IMG/VR virus record: IMGVR_UViG_3300021399_000099
Location: 32,001-96,000 of that record
DNA from: a virus
Taxonomy: Duplodnaviria > Caudoviricetes
Length of the DNA stretch: 64,000 nt
Reading direction: 5' to 3' (one strand)
Both the position numbers and the translations under genes were made by a program. The first letter of the stretch is position 1. Each line of letters begins with the position of its first letter. Positions 56,444 through 64,000 of this stretch are shown piece after piece. The notes under the pieces were generated by a model, which was not told the DNA's origin, did no database searches, and was given only the letters and a program-made list of their open reading frames with translations.

Positions 56444-56809
56444 TTATTTAAATCTAATACCTTGTTTTTCAAGGGCTTCTTTGTTTTTAGCGACAAGGAC
56501 CCAGTTTTTATATATTTCCTGGTACTGACGTTCATGCTCCGGACAACAGGCATTAATTGTTGAACTCTTTTTGACAAAAATCGTTTCGCAACCCGGTATG
56601 CAGCAAATGTGTGATGAACCAATCTGGTCGTCCTCGCATATCTGGTGGGCTCTTACTATATAGGAGGCGTCATTGCGAGGGGATTCAGAGTCTTCAATGT
56701 AGGTTTTAACTCCGCCTACAAAGCAATGAATAATAAATACAAGAGCAATAATCCCCAAGCCAACACCAATACCAATTTTTACAAAAAGATTAACAATCCG
56801 GAAAATCAT
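56444..56809 (-). CDS. membrane-anchored Zn-finger-like protein
   Basis: N-terminal TM; C..PGC...CC..H. Confidence 0.7.
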   Translation of the reverse strand: MIFRIVNLFVKIGIGVGLGIIALVFIIHCFVGGVKTYIEDSESPRNDASYIVRAHQICEDDQIGSSHICCIPGCETIFVKKSSTINACCPEHERQYQEIYKNWVLVAKNKEALEKQGIRFK

Positions 56810-56863
56810 AATAAAAATAATTTAATGTTTCTGGTATAGTATATTACAAAAACCGTGCCAAAC

Positions 56864-57541
56864 TTACTTTGCATCCGGATGTTTTGCCTTAAAAGCCTCA
56901 ACTGCAGCATGCACATCTTCACGGTTGTCGTAATAGCCCTCATCTCCAACCAGATAGCAAAGAGCCCCATGCATGAAAGGGAAAAGCTCGGTCTGGAAAA
57001 GCATCGTGTAGGCAAATGAAACCGCCATAGAACCGGAATTTCCACTGTGCCCATCGTTCCACTTATCATAGCCAGCCTTCTTTATCCCATCAACGAATTC
57101 AAAAGCATCCTTACCATCGCCGAAAGTGTCCCACATTTCCAGTTCTTTACCTGGATAAGTGCCCAAAAACCAATATGCAATGTTTTCAGCCTCGTTAATT
57201 ACACTCATCTCATAGTTGTACAGTGGAGAAGGGGCAGAGGGACGTTTTTCCCAAAGAGCCTGGATTTCCGGGTCCCTTTCGTTCTTAAGTTCCCAATTAT
57301 CGCACTCTCTATCCCAGCACGCTTTAAGATATTCATCATCGTTTTCGTAACCAAGTTCCTTGCACCTTGCCTGAAGCCTGGGATTATATACCTCTTCCCA
57401 TTCCCGCATCTTGTCCTCATACCTCACCCGTTCAATTTCCGGCTCTTCCTCAAACGTGTATCCCAGGGCTTTGAACCACAATTTGTTAAACCTTTCAATA
57501 CGCGCCTTTATGGCGTCTTTAATCTCTTCTTTTGTTGTCAT
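56864..57541 (-). CDS. hypothetical protein (GHSGNS motif)
   Basis: ORF after promoter 57575. Confidence 0.8.
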   Translation of the reverse strand: MTTKEEIKDAIKARIERFNKLWFKALGYTFEEEPEIERVRYEDKMREWEEVYNPRLQARCKELGYENDDEYLKACWDRECDNWELKNERDPEIQALWEKRPSAPSPLYNYEMSVINEAENIAYWFLGTYPGKELEMWDTFGDGKDAFEFVDGIKKAGYDKWNDGHSGNSGSMAVSFAYTMLFQTELFPFMHGALCYLVGDEGYYDNREDVHAAVEAFKAKHPDAK

Positions 57542-57591
57542 ATTTTTAATCTTTAAGTTTTGTTTGTATATTCTACAAAAACCGTACCAGA

Positions 57592-57837
57592 TTAGAACAT
57601 TTTGTCTTCATCTGGCAAGTTTTTCCAATAATGATAATCGGTACATTGGTGATAGTATTCCAGTATCTCTTTCTGTTTTTCGGTCGGTTCTAGTGCCTCG
57701 CGTGCCTCTGTGAATTCCTTCCCAAATGACCAATATTCTTCACTTCTTGGGTACAAAAGGTAGTTTCCGGTTTGAAGGTCGCAACCGAATTGAGAAATGA
57801 ATTCTTTTTCCTTTTCTGTCAGTATGCTATTCTTCAT
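57592..57837 (-). CDS. hypothetical protein
   Basis: ORF. Confidence 0.7.
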   Translation of the reverse strand: MKNSILTEKEKEFISQFGCDLQTGNYLLYPRSEEYWSFGKEFTEAREALEPTEKQKEILEYYHQCTDYHYWKNLPDEDKMF

Positions 57838-58306
57838 CTTTTTTTGTCAAGTACTTTTTAGATAGCGTTTTGATTTGTTTCAACATTTTTTCAAGGGCGG
57901 ACATAAACTCTTCTTCGTCAATAACTTGAATCGAGTCAATCATTTTTTCAAACTCTTCTTTTTCGGAAGAAAATATGTCAAATTCATACATATAGCTCCA
58001 GTTCCAATCCGTGGCGTCATAATATCCGGTAAATTCACCCCCGAACCCAAACCCACGGATTCTGCAGTTATAATCAAAGTTTTCATATCTAAACGAGTCA
58101 TCTACCCAATTAACATGTACGTAATGGGTATATCCATCTTCTTCGTACTTTATGAATTGTCCCTTCAGCCCAACTGGTAATGCCTGCTGCCGCTTTAGAT
58201 TGTGTAATTTTTTTCTTAGGTCAATTGCCTTTTCCCAAGCGGCATCATATTCTTTTTCAAGTGCTTCTATTTCAGAAACATCTACTTTCTTTACATACTT
58301 TCCCAT
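57827..58306 (-). CDS. hypothetical protein
   Basis: Start moved to MGKYVKK. Confidence 0.75.
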   Translation of the reverse strand: MGKYVKKVDVSEIEALEKEYDAAWEKAIDLRKKLHNLKRQQALPVGLKGQFIKYEEDGYTHYVHVNWVDDSFRYENFDYNCRIRGFGFGGEFTGYYDATDWNWSYMYEFDIFSSEKEEFEKMIDSIQVIDEEEFMSALEKMLKQIKTLSKKYLTKKDEE

Positions 58307-59364
58307 TTCTTGTCTTTTTGATATTTTCCAAACAACCCGAAAGTACACATTGAAGCAAAGATAGGCTTGTTAAGGTTGTATTGTTTGATAAGTTCTTTTG
58401 GCGTTACATCCATCTTTCCGTCCGTAATCTCCTCACCACAAACAGTTTCAACTACATAATCAATCTCACTTCTACCAATACAACAGGCAACCGACACTTT
58501 GACCGCCTGATTCGTTTCCTTTGCATATTTCCTTGCCATCTCCCTTGCGAAAAGATTCAGTGTGAGGTCTGCCTTTGAACCATCCTTAGTCCATGGGGAA
58601 CCGCCTCCGACATGCAGCTCACCGCCATAAAAATCAACGACGAGCTTCCTACCGGTAATACCACAATCGGCAATCGGACCGTGCATCACATAGTTTCCGG
58701 TTCCATTCAAAATAATATCGGGGTGCAGCGAAGAATCGGTTTTCAATGTATCGTACCAGTTGAAGATACTTTCCATAACTTGTGCATATTCCCCGTCATT
58801 TCTACAAGGTACTGCGGCGATAATTTTCTCAATCAGCCCATCCTTATCAAGAATGATTTCCGTCTTTATGTCTATACCACCGATGCCTTTGTCCTTTGCC
58901 TGCGTATAAAGCATATGGCACAGGTCTTTAGCCAATGAGTGAGAACGGGGGGTCATATATTCCTCATCTGGTTCAGCATAGCCAAAGAATATACCCTGGT
59001 CCCCCCATCCGTCCTTATTTACTCCTTGGCTGATATCAGGACTTTGCTTTGTTATGTCTGTCTTTATTGTGATGAAACTTGGGTTTATGACGTTATGTCT
59101 GCCCCAAGCTTTCCAATATTCCTCAGTGTATCCGATTTGCTTTATTGCGTCACTAACAAAACAGACATATTGTTCGTCTGTAAAATCTGCTGTGCTCGTA
59201 ATTTCCCCCGCCAGATGGACCATATTTCCCTTAATCATAACCTCAACGGCATATCTAACATTCGGGTCCAGTTCAAGGTATCTGTCAAGGATGTACTCAC
59301 TGATGTAGTCCGCTACCTTATCCGGATGCCCTGGACTTACATATTCACTAAATTTTCTTGTCAT
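58291..59364 (-). CDS. metK: S-adenosylmethionine synthetase
   Basis: SEYVSPGHPDKVAD, QSPDI, GDQG, G.TGRKLVVDFYG, GGG...KD.SKAD. Confidence 0.92.
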   Translation of the reverse strand: MTRKFSEYVSPGHPDKVADYISEYILDRYLELDPNVRYAVEVMIKGNMVHLAGEITSTADFTDEQYVCFVSDAIKQIGYTEEYWKAWGRHNVINPSFITIKTDITKQSPDISQGVNKDGWGDQGIFFGYAEPDEEYMTPRSHSLAKDLCHMLYTQAKDKGIGGIDIKTEIILDKDGLIEKIIAAVPCRNDGEYAQVMESIFNWYDTLKTDSSLHPDIILNGTGNYVMHGPIADCGITGRKLVVDFYGGELHVGGGSPWTKDGSKADLTLNLFAREMARKYAKETNQAVKVSVACCIGRSEIDYVVETVCGEEITDGKMDVTPKELIKQYNLNKPIFASMCTFGLFGKYQKDKKWESM

Positions 59365-59422
59365 TATAAAAAATTATTTCTATCCTTAATATACAAAAAA
59401 ATAACCGGATTCCAAAACCCGG

Positions 59423-59836
59423 TTACTCTTCAACGACAATTTGATACTTCAGCTTCGGTATTTCTATCGGCTCAACTTCCGCTATTCCCTTATTATACAT
59501 AAATCCCCACATAACACTGTTGCAATATGCTTTATTTTTCTCTATCCTTTCATTAATATATGTGGCCTCGTCGACGATTTTGCTAATAGTTTGCGGCGAC
59601 ATACTATCAGAAACGGAATAGATGAGTTCTTGTTGGTAATTCCTGTCGTTCTCAAAGGAAATAGCGTCAGAATGTTTTGTTCCGAGTTCTATACTGGTAA
59701 TCATAAAAGGCACCGTGAATAACACAGCGAAAACGCACCCGATAGAAACGGCACAGTCATTATCCTTTTTGATGCCGATACATAAAAGGGTCCAGGCCCC
59801 AATCATTAAAATAGCAAGTAAAATATAACCAATCAT
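59423..59836 (-). CDS. two-TM membrane protein, paralog of 18156-18560
   Basis: Shared C-terminal motif. Confidence 0.8.
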   Translation of the reverse strand: MIGYILLAILMIGAWTLLCIGIKKDNDCAVSIGCVFAVLFTVPFMITSIELGTKHSDAISFENDRNYQQELIYSVSDSMSPQTISKIVDEATYINERIEKNKAYCNSVMWGFMYNKGIAEVEPIEIPKLKYQIVVEE

Positions 59837-59854
59837 ATTAAAAAATTTTTAAAA

Positions 59855-60523
59855 TTACATATATTCCCCAATCCTCTGGCACACAGTATATTCGTACCCA
59901 TCCTTACCCTTTTCTTTCCCAAGTCCAGTAACGTGAATGCTTGCGTCAGTTGCCGGAGTCCATTCCCCATACTTTGCGGAAACCTGGAGGTCATCAGCAC
60001 TGAAACCAACGGAATAGATATCGCTAAGACCCCTCTCGTTGATGAAGTCAATAGTGGTCTGGACGAGGATTTCAAGGAGCTCTTTCATATCCTTCTCGGT
60101 TGTTATTGGGTCCTTGTAGTCATCATAATCGCGATACCAGCCCCAGGTTTCTTGTTGGAACACCTTTTTTGCAGCATCGTCCAAACTCTCATAGCCGCGA
60201 ATTACGGATTTCAAATCGTCCGGAAGGGCTTCAATCCTCTGCTCCCGTATTTTAAGACCCTGACGCTTTCTCTCGACCATTTCTTCATTACTCAAACGCC
60301 TGAGTTTTCCTTTTCTCTTCTGGTGGTGCTTCTTAGCCTCTTCCCTACGTTTCATCTTGGCGCCTTTCAGTTTGAGGAGGATTTCATCAACCTTGGTTCT
60401 GTGCTCATAATAAGCCTCGGAGTTTTCAAAACGAGACATTTCCTCGTCAAGTTCCTTATTGATTTCCTTTTCCTCGTCCGACTCCTTAAAGAGCCAGTCA
60501 TAATAAGTCATTTCTTCTTCCAT
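59855..60523 (-). CDS. hypothetical protein
   Basis: ORF. Confidence 0.8.
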   Translation of the reverse strand: MEEEMTYYDWLFKESDEEKEINKELDEEMSRFENSEAYYEHRTKVDEILLKLKGAKMKRREEAKKHHQKRKGKLRRLSNEEMVERKRQGLKIREQRIEALPDDLKSVIRGYESLDDAAKKVFQQETWGWYRDYDDYKDPITTEKDMKELLEILVQTTIDFINERGLSDIYSVGFSADDLQVSAKYGEWTPATDASIHVTGLGKEKGKDGYEYTVCQRIGEYM

Positions 60524-61134
60524 AATATGTGTTCGTTTTCATACCAATCAGCAAACCGTTCCAATGAATCAAAACGTTGCATGTCAAGGCAGTTTGTTTC
60601 AAAAAACCATAGGTCTTCAAGATTAACGTCCAAATTGTATGGCGCATTTATAAGAACACCATGCTCGGCGTTGCACCCTTTAAAGTTCCACCAATTGTCA
60701 TCAATCATCCAGTCTAAGTGTAGGAGGGTCTTGTTCTTAAGAAAACAGAGTCCGTCCGGGTGTATTCCATTGTCATTCAGCCAGTTAAGGGTATCAAGCT
60801 TATTCTGGAATGACTTCTGGTAGGTAACGATGATTACTTGCCCGTATTTCTGCAATGTCTCGATGGCTTTCTTCATCCCTGGAAGTGCCGGAGACTTGAG
60901 GAACAACTCATGACTATGTTCCTGGAAAAACCACTTGGATGCCGTCTCCCCAGTAAATTCCATTACCTTCGGGAACGATACATCCACATCAAAATCCTTC
61001 ACATCATCCCTAGTCATATTCTCCCCGAAATTTTCATTGTAGAGAGACACCATTCCGTCAAGTAATGAGCGAAGCACCTCGTCGCAGTCAATACCGAAAG
61101 TGATTATTCCGTCAAATTTTTCATTGGTTTTCAT
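60508..61134 (-). CDS. 5'(3')-deoxyribonucleotidase-like HAD phosphatase
   Basis: IDCDEVL, IVT, K...WL, MIDD, APYN. Confidence 0.8.
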   Translation of the reverse strand: MKTNEKFDGIITFGIDCDEVLRSLLDGMVSLYNENFGENMTRDDVKDFDVDVSFPKVMEFTGETASKWFFQEHSHELFLKSPALPGMKKAIETLQKYGQVIIVTYQKSFQNKLDTLNWLNDNGIHPDGLCFLKNKTLLHLDWMIDDNWWNFKGCNAEHGVLINAPYNLDVNLEDLWFFETNCLDMQRFDSLERFADWYENEHILWKKK

Positions 61135-61137
61135 AAA

Positions 61138-61365
61138 TCAATCTCTTAACTTGGAAGTTTGCAACTTGCCGGTCCGTACATCATAATAAAACCCCGGGAA
61201 ACGTTCATCCGTCAGTCCGCTATCAATAAGAATGTCCCGGATTCGACACCAAGGGCATTCCTGGAACATTTTTATGATGGTGTTGGCTTCTTCTTCCGTG
61301 GGGACTCTGCCGTCCTTTAATCTATTTTCTTGCCAAGCACCCCAATCAAACTTTTTAGTTTTCAT
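61138..61365 (-). CDS. hypothetical protein
   Basis: ORF. Confidence 0.65.
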   Translation of the reverse strand: MKTKKFDWGAWQENRLKDGRVPTEEEANTIIKMFQECPWCRIRDILIDSGLTDERFPGFYYDVRTGKLQTSKLRD

Positions 61366-61613
61366 CAGTAATCAAAATTAAATTGTTCGTCCAATCGTAA
61401 GTCTTCATGCGTTCCAATATACTTCTCCATCCACTCTTCATATGGATAGGCTTCCCTTATAATGAGCTTCGGAGTACCGGAATAGGCCGCTTCATAGTGA
61501 GGCCCGTAAGATTTATCTTGTATAAGGTTCAGGTCACGCATCCTTACCCAGGCCCCATTTTCCCCGATGTGCTGGTTCCACGCTATCGCGTTTTCAATGT
61601 ATTTCGGTTTCAT
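61365..61613 (-). CDS. hypothetical protein
   Basis: ORF. Confidence 0.65.
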   Translation of the reverse strand: MKPKYIENAIAWNQHIGENGAWVRMRDLNLIQDKSYGPHYEAAYSGTPKLIIREAYPYEEWMEKYIGTHEDLRLDEQFNFDY

Positions 61614-62124
61614 TTTCACGATTCAAAATCTTTATGGCCTTGTCAATGTCGGACTGGATTAAACCTGTAAGTCTATTTGTGCGGATGAAGTTATCTTTTT
61701 GACCCAGAAGGAAGTCACTGTCATCATCGAAGATAACATATTCATAATCAACATCTTCCTCTTTGAAATGCTTCCTGTAATAAGGGAAACCATTGTCATC
61801 CAGTCCATATCTGGTGCCCATTCCGCCAAAGTTGTCCTGTATCCATTTTTCAATCTCGTTCCCCCTGGTCAGCCAATCCTGGTAGAAATGGTCGGTGCAG
61901 CCAATTATCGGAAGTTCAAGCCCAACATCCTGCAGTGGCTTAATACCACTTTCTCCCCAACTGGAACTTATGACAACCTCGGCTCCGATGTCTTTTAGTT
62001 GGTTAAGGAGTGCAATGGCTTCGGGGTCAAAATCTCCGAACTTACCCCTTGTCTTGACATACCACTGCTCACTATTAACTACAGAGTCGATATCCAAAAA
62101 CACTATCTTTTTCCAGTCGCCCAT
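61594..62124 (-). CDS. HAD domain of Swiss-Army-Knife RNA-repair type (HAD_SAK_2-like)
   Basis: FLDIDSVVN, VVISSSW, RGNEIEKW, YVIFDDDSD. Confidence 0.8.
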   Translation of the reverse strand: MGDWKKIVFLDIDSVVNSEQWYVKTRGKFGDFDPEAIALLNQLKDIGAEVVISSSWGESGIKPLQDVGLELPIIGCTDHFYQDWLTRGNEIEKWIQDNFGGMGTRYGLDDNGFPYYRKHFKEEDVDYEYVIFDDDSDFLLGQKDNFIRTNRLTGLIQSDIDKAIKILNRENETEIH

Positions 62125-62125
62125 G

Positions 62126-62350
62126 TCAATCGTAATCTACCATGCACCAGCAGTTAGGGTCATGTACAAAACCGGTATAGTTGTCATAACCAGGAATATT
62201 CCGATAAAACTCAATATACTGGTGCTCTTCAAACATAAACTTTCTTGCGTAAATCTTTGTCCCGTCATCACCATATACGGCTTTCTGTGTATCCGGTTTG
62301 CATCCAAGCAGCAAAATGCCCGTAAAAATCATTGCTATCAGCTTTTTCAT
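62126..62350 (-). CDS. lipoprotein, paralog of 42026-42340
   Basis: LLLG-C lipobox; FEEH...VHDPNCWC. Confidence 0.75.
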   Translation of the reverse strand: MKKLIAMIFTGILLLGCKPDTQKAVYGDDGTKIYARKFMFEEHQYIEFYRNIPGYDNYTGFVHDPNCWCMVDYD

Positions 62351-62368
62351 ATTCGTAAAATTTTTAAA

Positions 62369-62800
62369 TTATTCAATACGTTTTCCAACGACTTTCATGT
62401 GAAGTTCGCTGAAATCACCATTCACAATCAGCGAGCCCCACTTGAAAGAATCCGTAATGTCCTGTCCGATTGTAAGTTTATTATAATAGTCTTTATTAAC
62501 CGGGATTTCTATCTCAATGGAATTCATCTCGTTCTTGGCGTGTTCAAGAATGTCAAGCGTAAAAGTGCCCTGCTTGATTTTGAATTTGACGATGTACTTG
62601 ATTTCTTTTCCGGTCACCAGAGAATTCTTCTGAACTTTAAGGTCGTGAATCTCCGTGTTAAGAGCACTTACCTGCCCCTGGAGATGTTGCTTTTCGCTGG
62701 CAAGACTTTTACATTCCTGCTGCAGTCTTGCCCGGTCTTCGTTCGTATAGCAAGACACTGATAGAATTGCGATTAACGCGAGTACGATGAACTTTTTCAT
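62369..62800 (-). CDS. lipoprotein with coiled coil
   Basis: SVS-C lipobox. Confidence 0.75.
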   Translation of the reverse strand: MKKFIVLALIAILSVSCYTNEDRARLQQECKSLASEKQHLQGQVSALNTEIHDLKVQKNSLVTGKEIKYIVKFKIKQGTFTLDILEHAKNEMNSIEIEIPVNKDYYNKLTIGQDITDSFKWGSLIVNGDFSELHMKVVGKRIE

Positions 62801-63078
62801 TTTCTTTTTATTTTTTTGTGGTTTTCAAGTTTTCTTTCGTAATCAGGGTCGTTTTCGTTGGGCTCTTCGCAATACTGTTTTCCATCTTTTGCAAAAGCAT
62901 ATACCTGGCTTATTTCTTCAAGGCGCTCGGGGAATTCAGCTTCTTCTTCCCTCATAACCCTTTCAAGGGCCTCCCTCTCCTTATTACGGAATGCTTTGTG
63001 GGAAGCCTCCTTGTCCTTCTTCTCGCTCTCAGCACCTGTCCAGCCGCCGTAAGCGTTTTTCTTGTAACTTTTTCCCAT
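62797..63078 (-). CDS. charged hypothetical protein (MGKSYKK...SEKKDK...FAKDGKQY)
   Basis: ORF after promoter 63095. Confidence 0.75.
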   Translation of the reverse strand: MGKSYKKNAYGGWTGAESEKKDKEASHKAFRNKEREALERVMREEEAEFPERLEEISQVYAFAKDGKQYCEEPNENDPDYERKLENHKKIKRK

Positions 63079-63111
63079 AGCTATATAACGTATTACAAAT
63101 ATCGTGCCAAA

Positions 63112-64000
63112 CTATATCTCGTTTTTCTTTTTTTCTATATTTTTCACCCAATCCTGGTTTTCAAGGTACCAATCAACCGTTTTTGTGACCGCTTGTAACA
63201 GACCTACTTTCGGTACCCATCCAAGTTCATCGGTAATCTTGCTATGGTTTATCGAATAGCGGAAATCGTGCCCGGGCCTGGCATTTTCTACACATTTTAT
63301 TTTGTTAAGGGTCTTTTCATATTTGTCACGGTATTCCTCGACACCATTTGTAGTTTTAAGGACCACTTGATTTATAATATTGGTAATCAATTGAAAGTTT
63401 TGTACCTCTTCCCCAGACCCAATATTGTATGCCTCACCAAGGGCACCCTTTTCGAATACGGTCATTGCAGCTGATACAATGTCGTCGGTATAAATCCACT
63501 CCCTGACCTGCTCACCTTTGTCATAAACGATAATAGGTTCATTGTTAATGATACGCTGGATTGTGGCTGGCACGAGCTTTTCCGGATATTGATTAGGACC
63601 GATGGCGTTGCACATATGACTGGTTACTACCGGGAGCTTGAATGTCTTCCAGTATGCCTTTACAAGAAGGTCGCCGCACGCCTTCGAAGCAGAATATGGG
63701 CTGGAGGGGTCAAGCTTGTTCTCCTCGGTAAAGCTCTCCCCATCCTTGTCCAGGAAACCGAAAACCTCGTCGGTGGAGAAATAATAGAACTTATGACCTG
63801 GTTCATTCCCCCAACACTTCCTCGCTTCTTCAAGCAAGTTGAATGTACCCACGATGTTTGTCTCAATAAAAGGTCTAGGCCCGGTAATGCTGTTATCCAC
63901 ATGAGACTCTGCGGCAAGATGAATGACGTCGGTTATGTCGTATTCGTCAAAAACCCATTCAACCTCTTCTGGGTCACGAATATCATAACGAGTCCATTGA
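63112..64000 (-). CDS. rfbB: dTDP-glucose 4,6-dehydratase (5' end beyond window)
   Basis: HLAAESHVDNSI, STDEVFG, YSASK, GPNQYPEKL, RPGHDFRY. Confidence 0.92.
   Translation of the reverse strand, partial: QWTRYDIRDPEEVEWVFDEYDITDVIHLAAESHVDNSITGPRPFIETNIVGTFNLLEEARKCWGNEPGHKFYYFSTDEVFGFLDKDGESFTEENKLDPSSPYSASKACGDLLVKAYWKTFKLPVVTSHMCNAIGPNQYPEKLVPATIQRIINNEPIIVYDKGEQVREWIYTDDIVSAAMTVFEKGALGEAYNIGSGEEVQNFQLITNIINQVVLKTTNGVEEYRDKYEKTLNKIKCVENARPGHDFRYSINHSKITDELGWVPKVGLLQAVTKTVDWYLENQDWVKNIEKKKNEI

Larger units (their letters stand above)
36371..63108 (-). promoter_or_regulatory. Nine sigma54-type promoter motifs on the minus arm (TGGCACGGTTTTTG[C/T]A-type)
   Basis: Sites at 36371-36385, 41565-41579, 42374-42388, 49191-49205, 52763-52777 (GA at -12), 55210-55224, 56846-56860, 57575-57589 (TGGTAC variant) and 63095-63109, each upstream of a minus-strand gene. 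Confidence 0.8.

Noticed and set aside
1-64000. Stop-codon reassignment (TAG=Gln as in Lak or some crAss-like phages)
   Set aside because: Conserved enzymes are intact in code 11, and TAG ends genes exactly at promoter junctions and at the end of rpsU.

Overview
64 kb segment of a large lytic dsDNA phage (jumbo/huge-phage-like) read in the standard genetic code. The host is most plausibly Bacteroidales, inferred from SD-less A-rich leaders, a Bacteroidota-type bS21 with Tyr54, a short RpoD-like sigma and Bacteroidota-style lipoproteins. Genes run on + up to ~30.6 kb and mostly on - after it, so the two arms converge. The left arm (0-27 kb) is an array of ~65 small, mostly unknown genes. About 42 sigma54-type (-24/-12, TGGCAC-N5-TTG[C/T]) promoter motifs precede them, and 9 more occur on the - arm. 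Two further repeated DNA elements overlay this array. One is a bipartite site, GGGGTATATTAAA[A/T/G]-N17-[T/C]TAA, present 14 times (7 in each orientation) with an exact 17-bp spacer every time. The other is an 18-bp quasi-palindrome, GG[T/G]AC[G/T]C..TTGAGTACC, present 9 times. At 22-24.5 kb lie rpsU, two aberrant tRNA-like RNAs, a tRNA-Gln(UUG) split by a 542-nt group I intron inside the anticodon, and a ~330-nt structured RNA candidate. A separate TATTTAT promoter class precedes genes with (L/I)xE propeptide-like motifs, including a candidate SAM lyase and a HIGH-family nucleotidyltransferase. A 1.2-kb non-coding tract with iteron-like repeats sits at 27.3-28.4 kb. The right arm encodes a DUF2828/vWA protein, Thg1-like, CCA-adding, Pol-beta NTase, HAD, MetK, sigma70 and RfbB proteins, plus three expanded paralog families with conserved ends and variable cores. 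All calls were made by eye; no searches were run.
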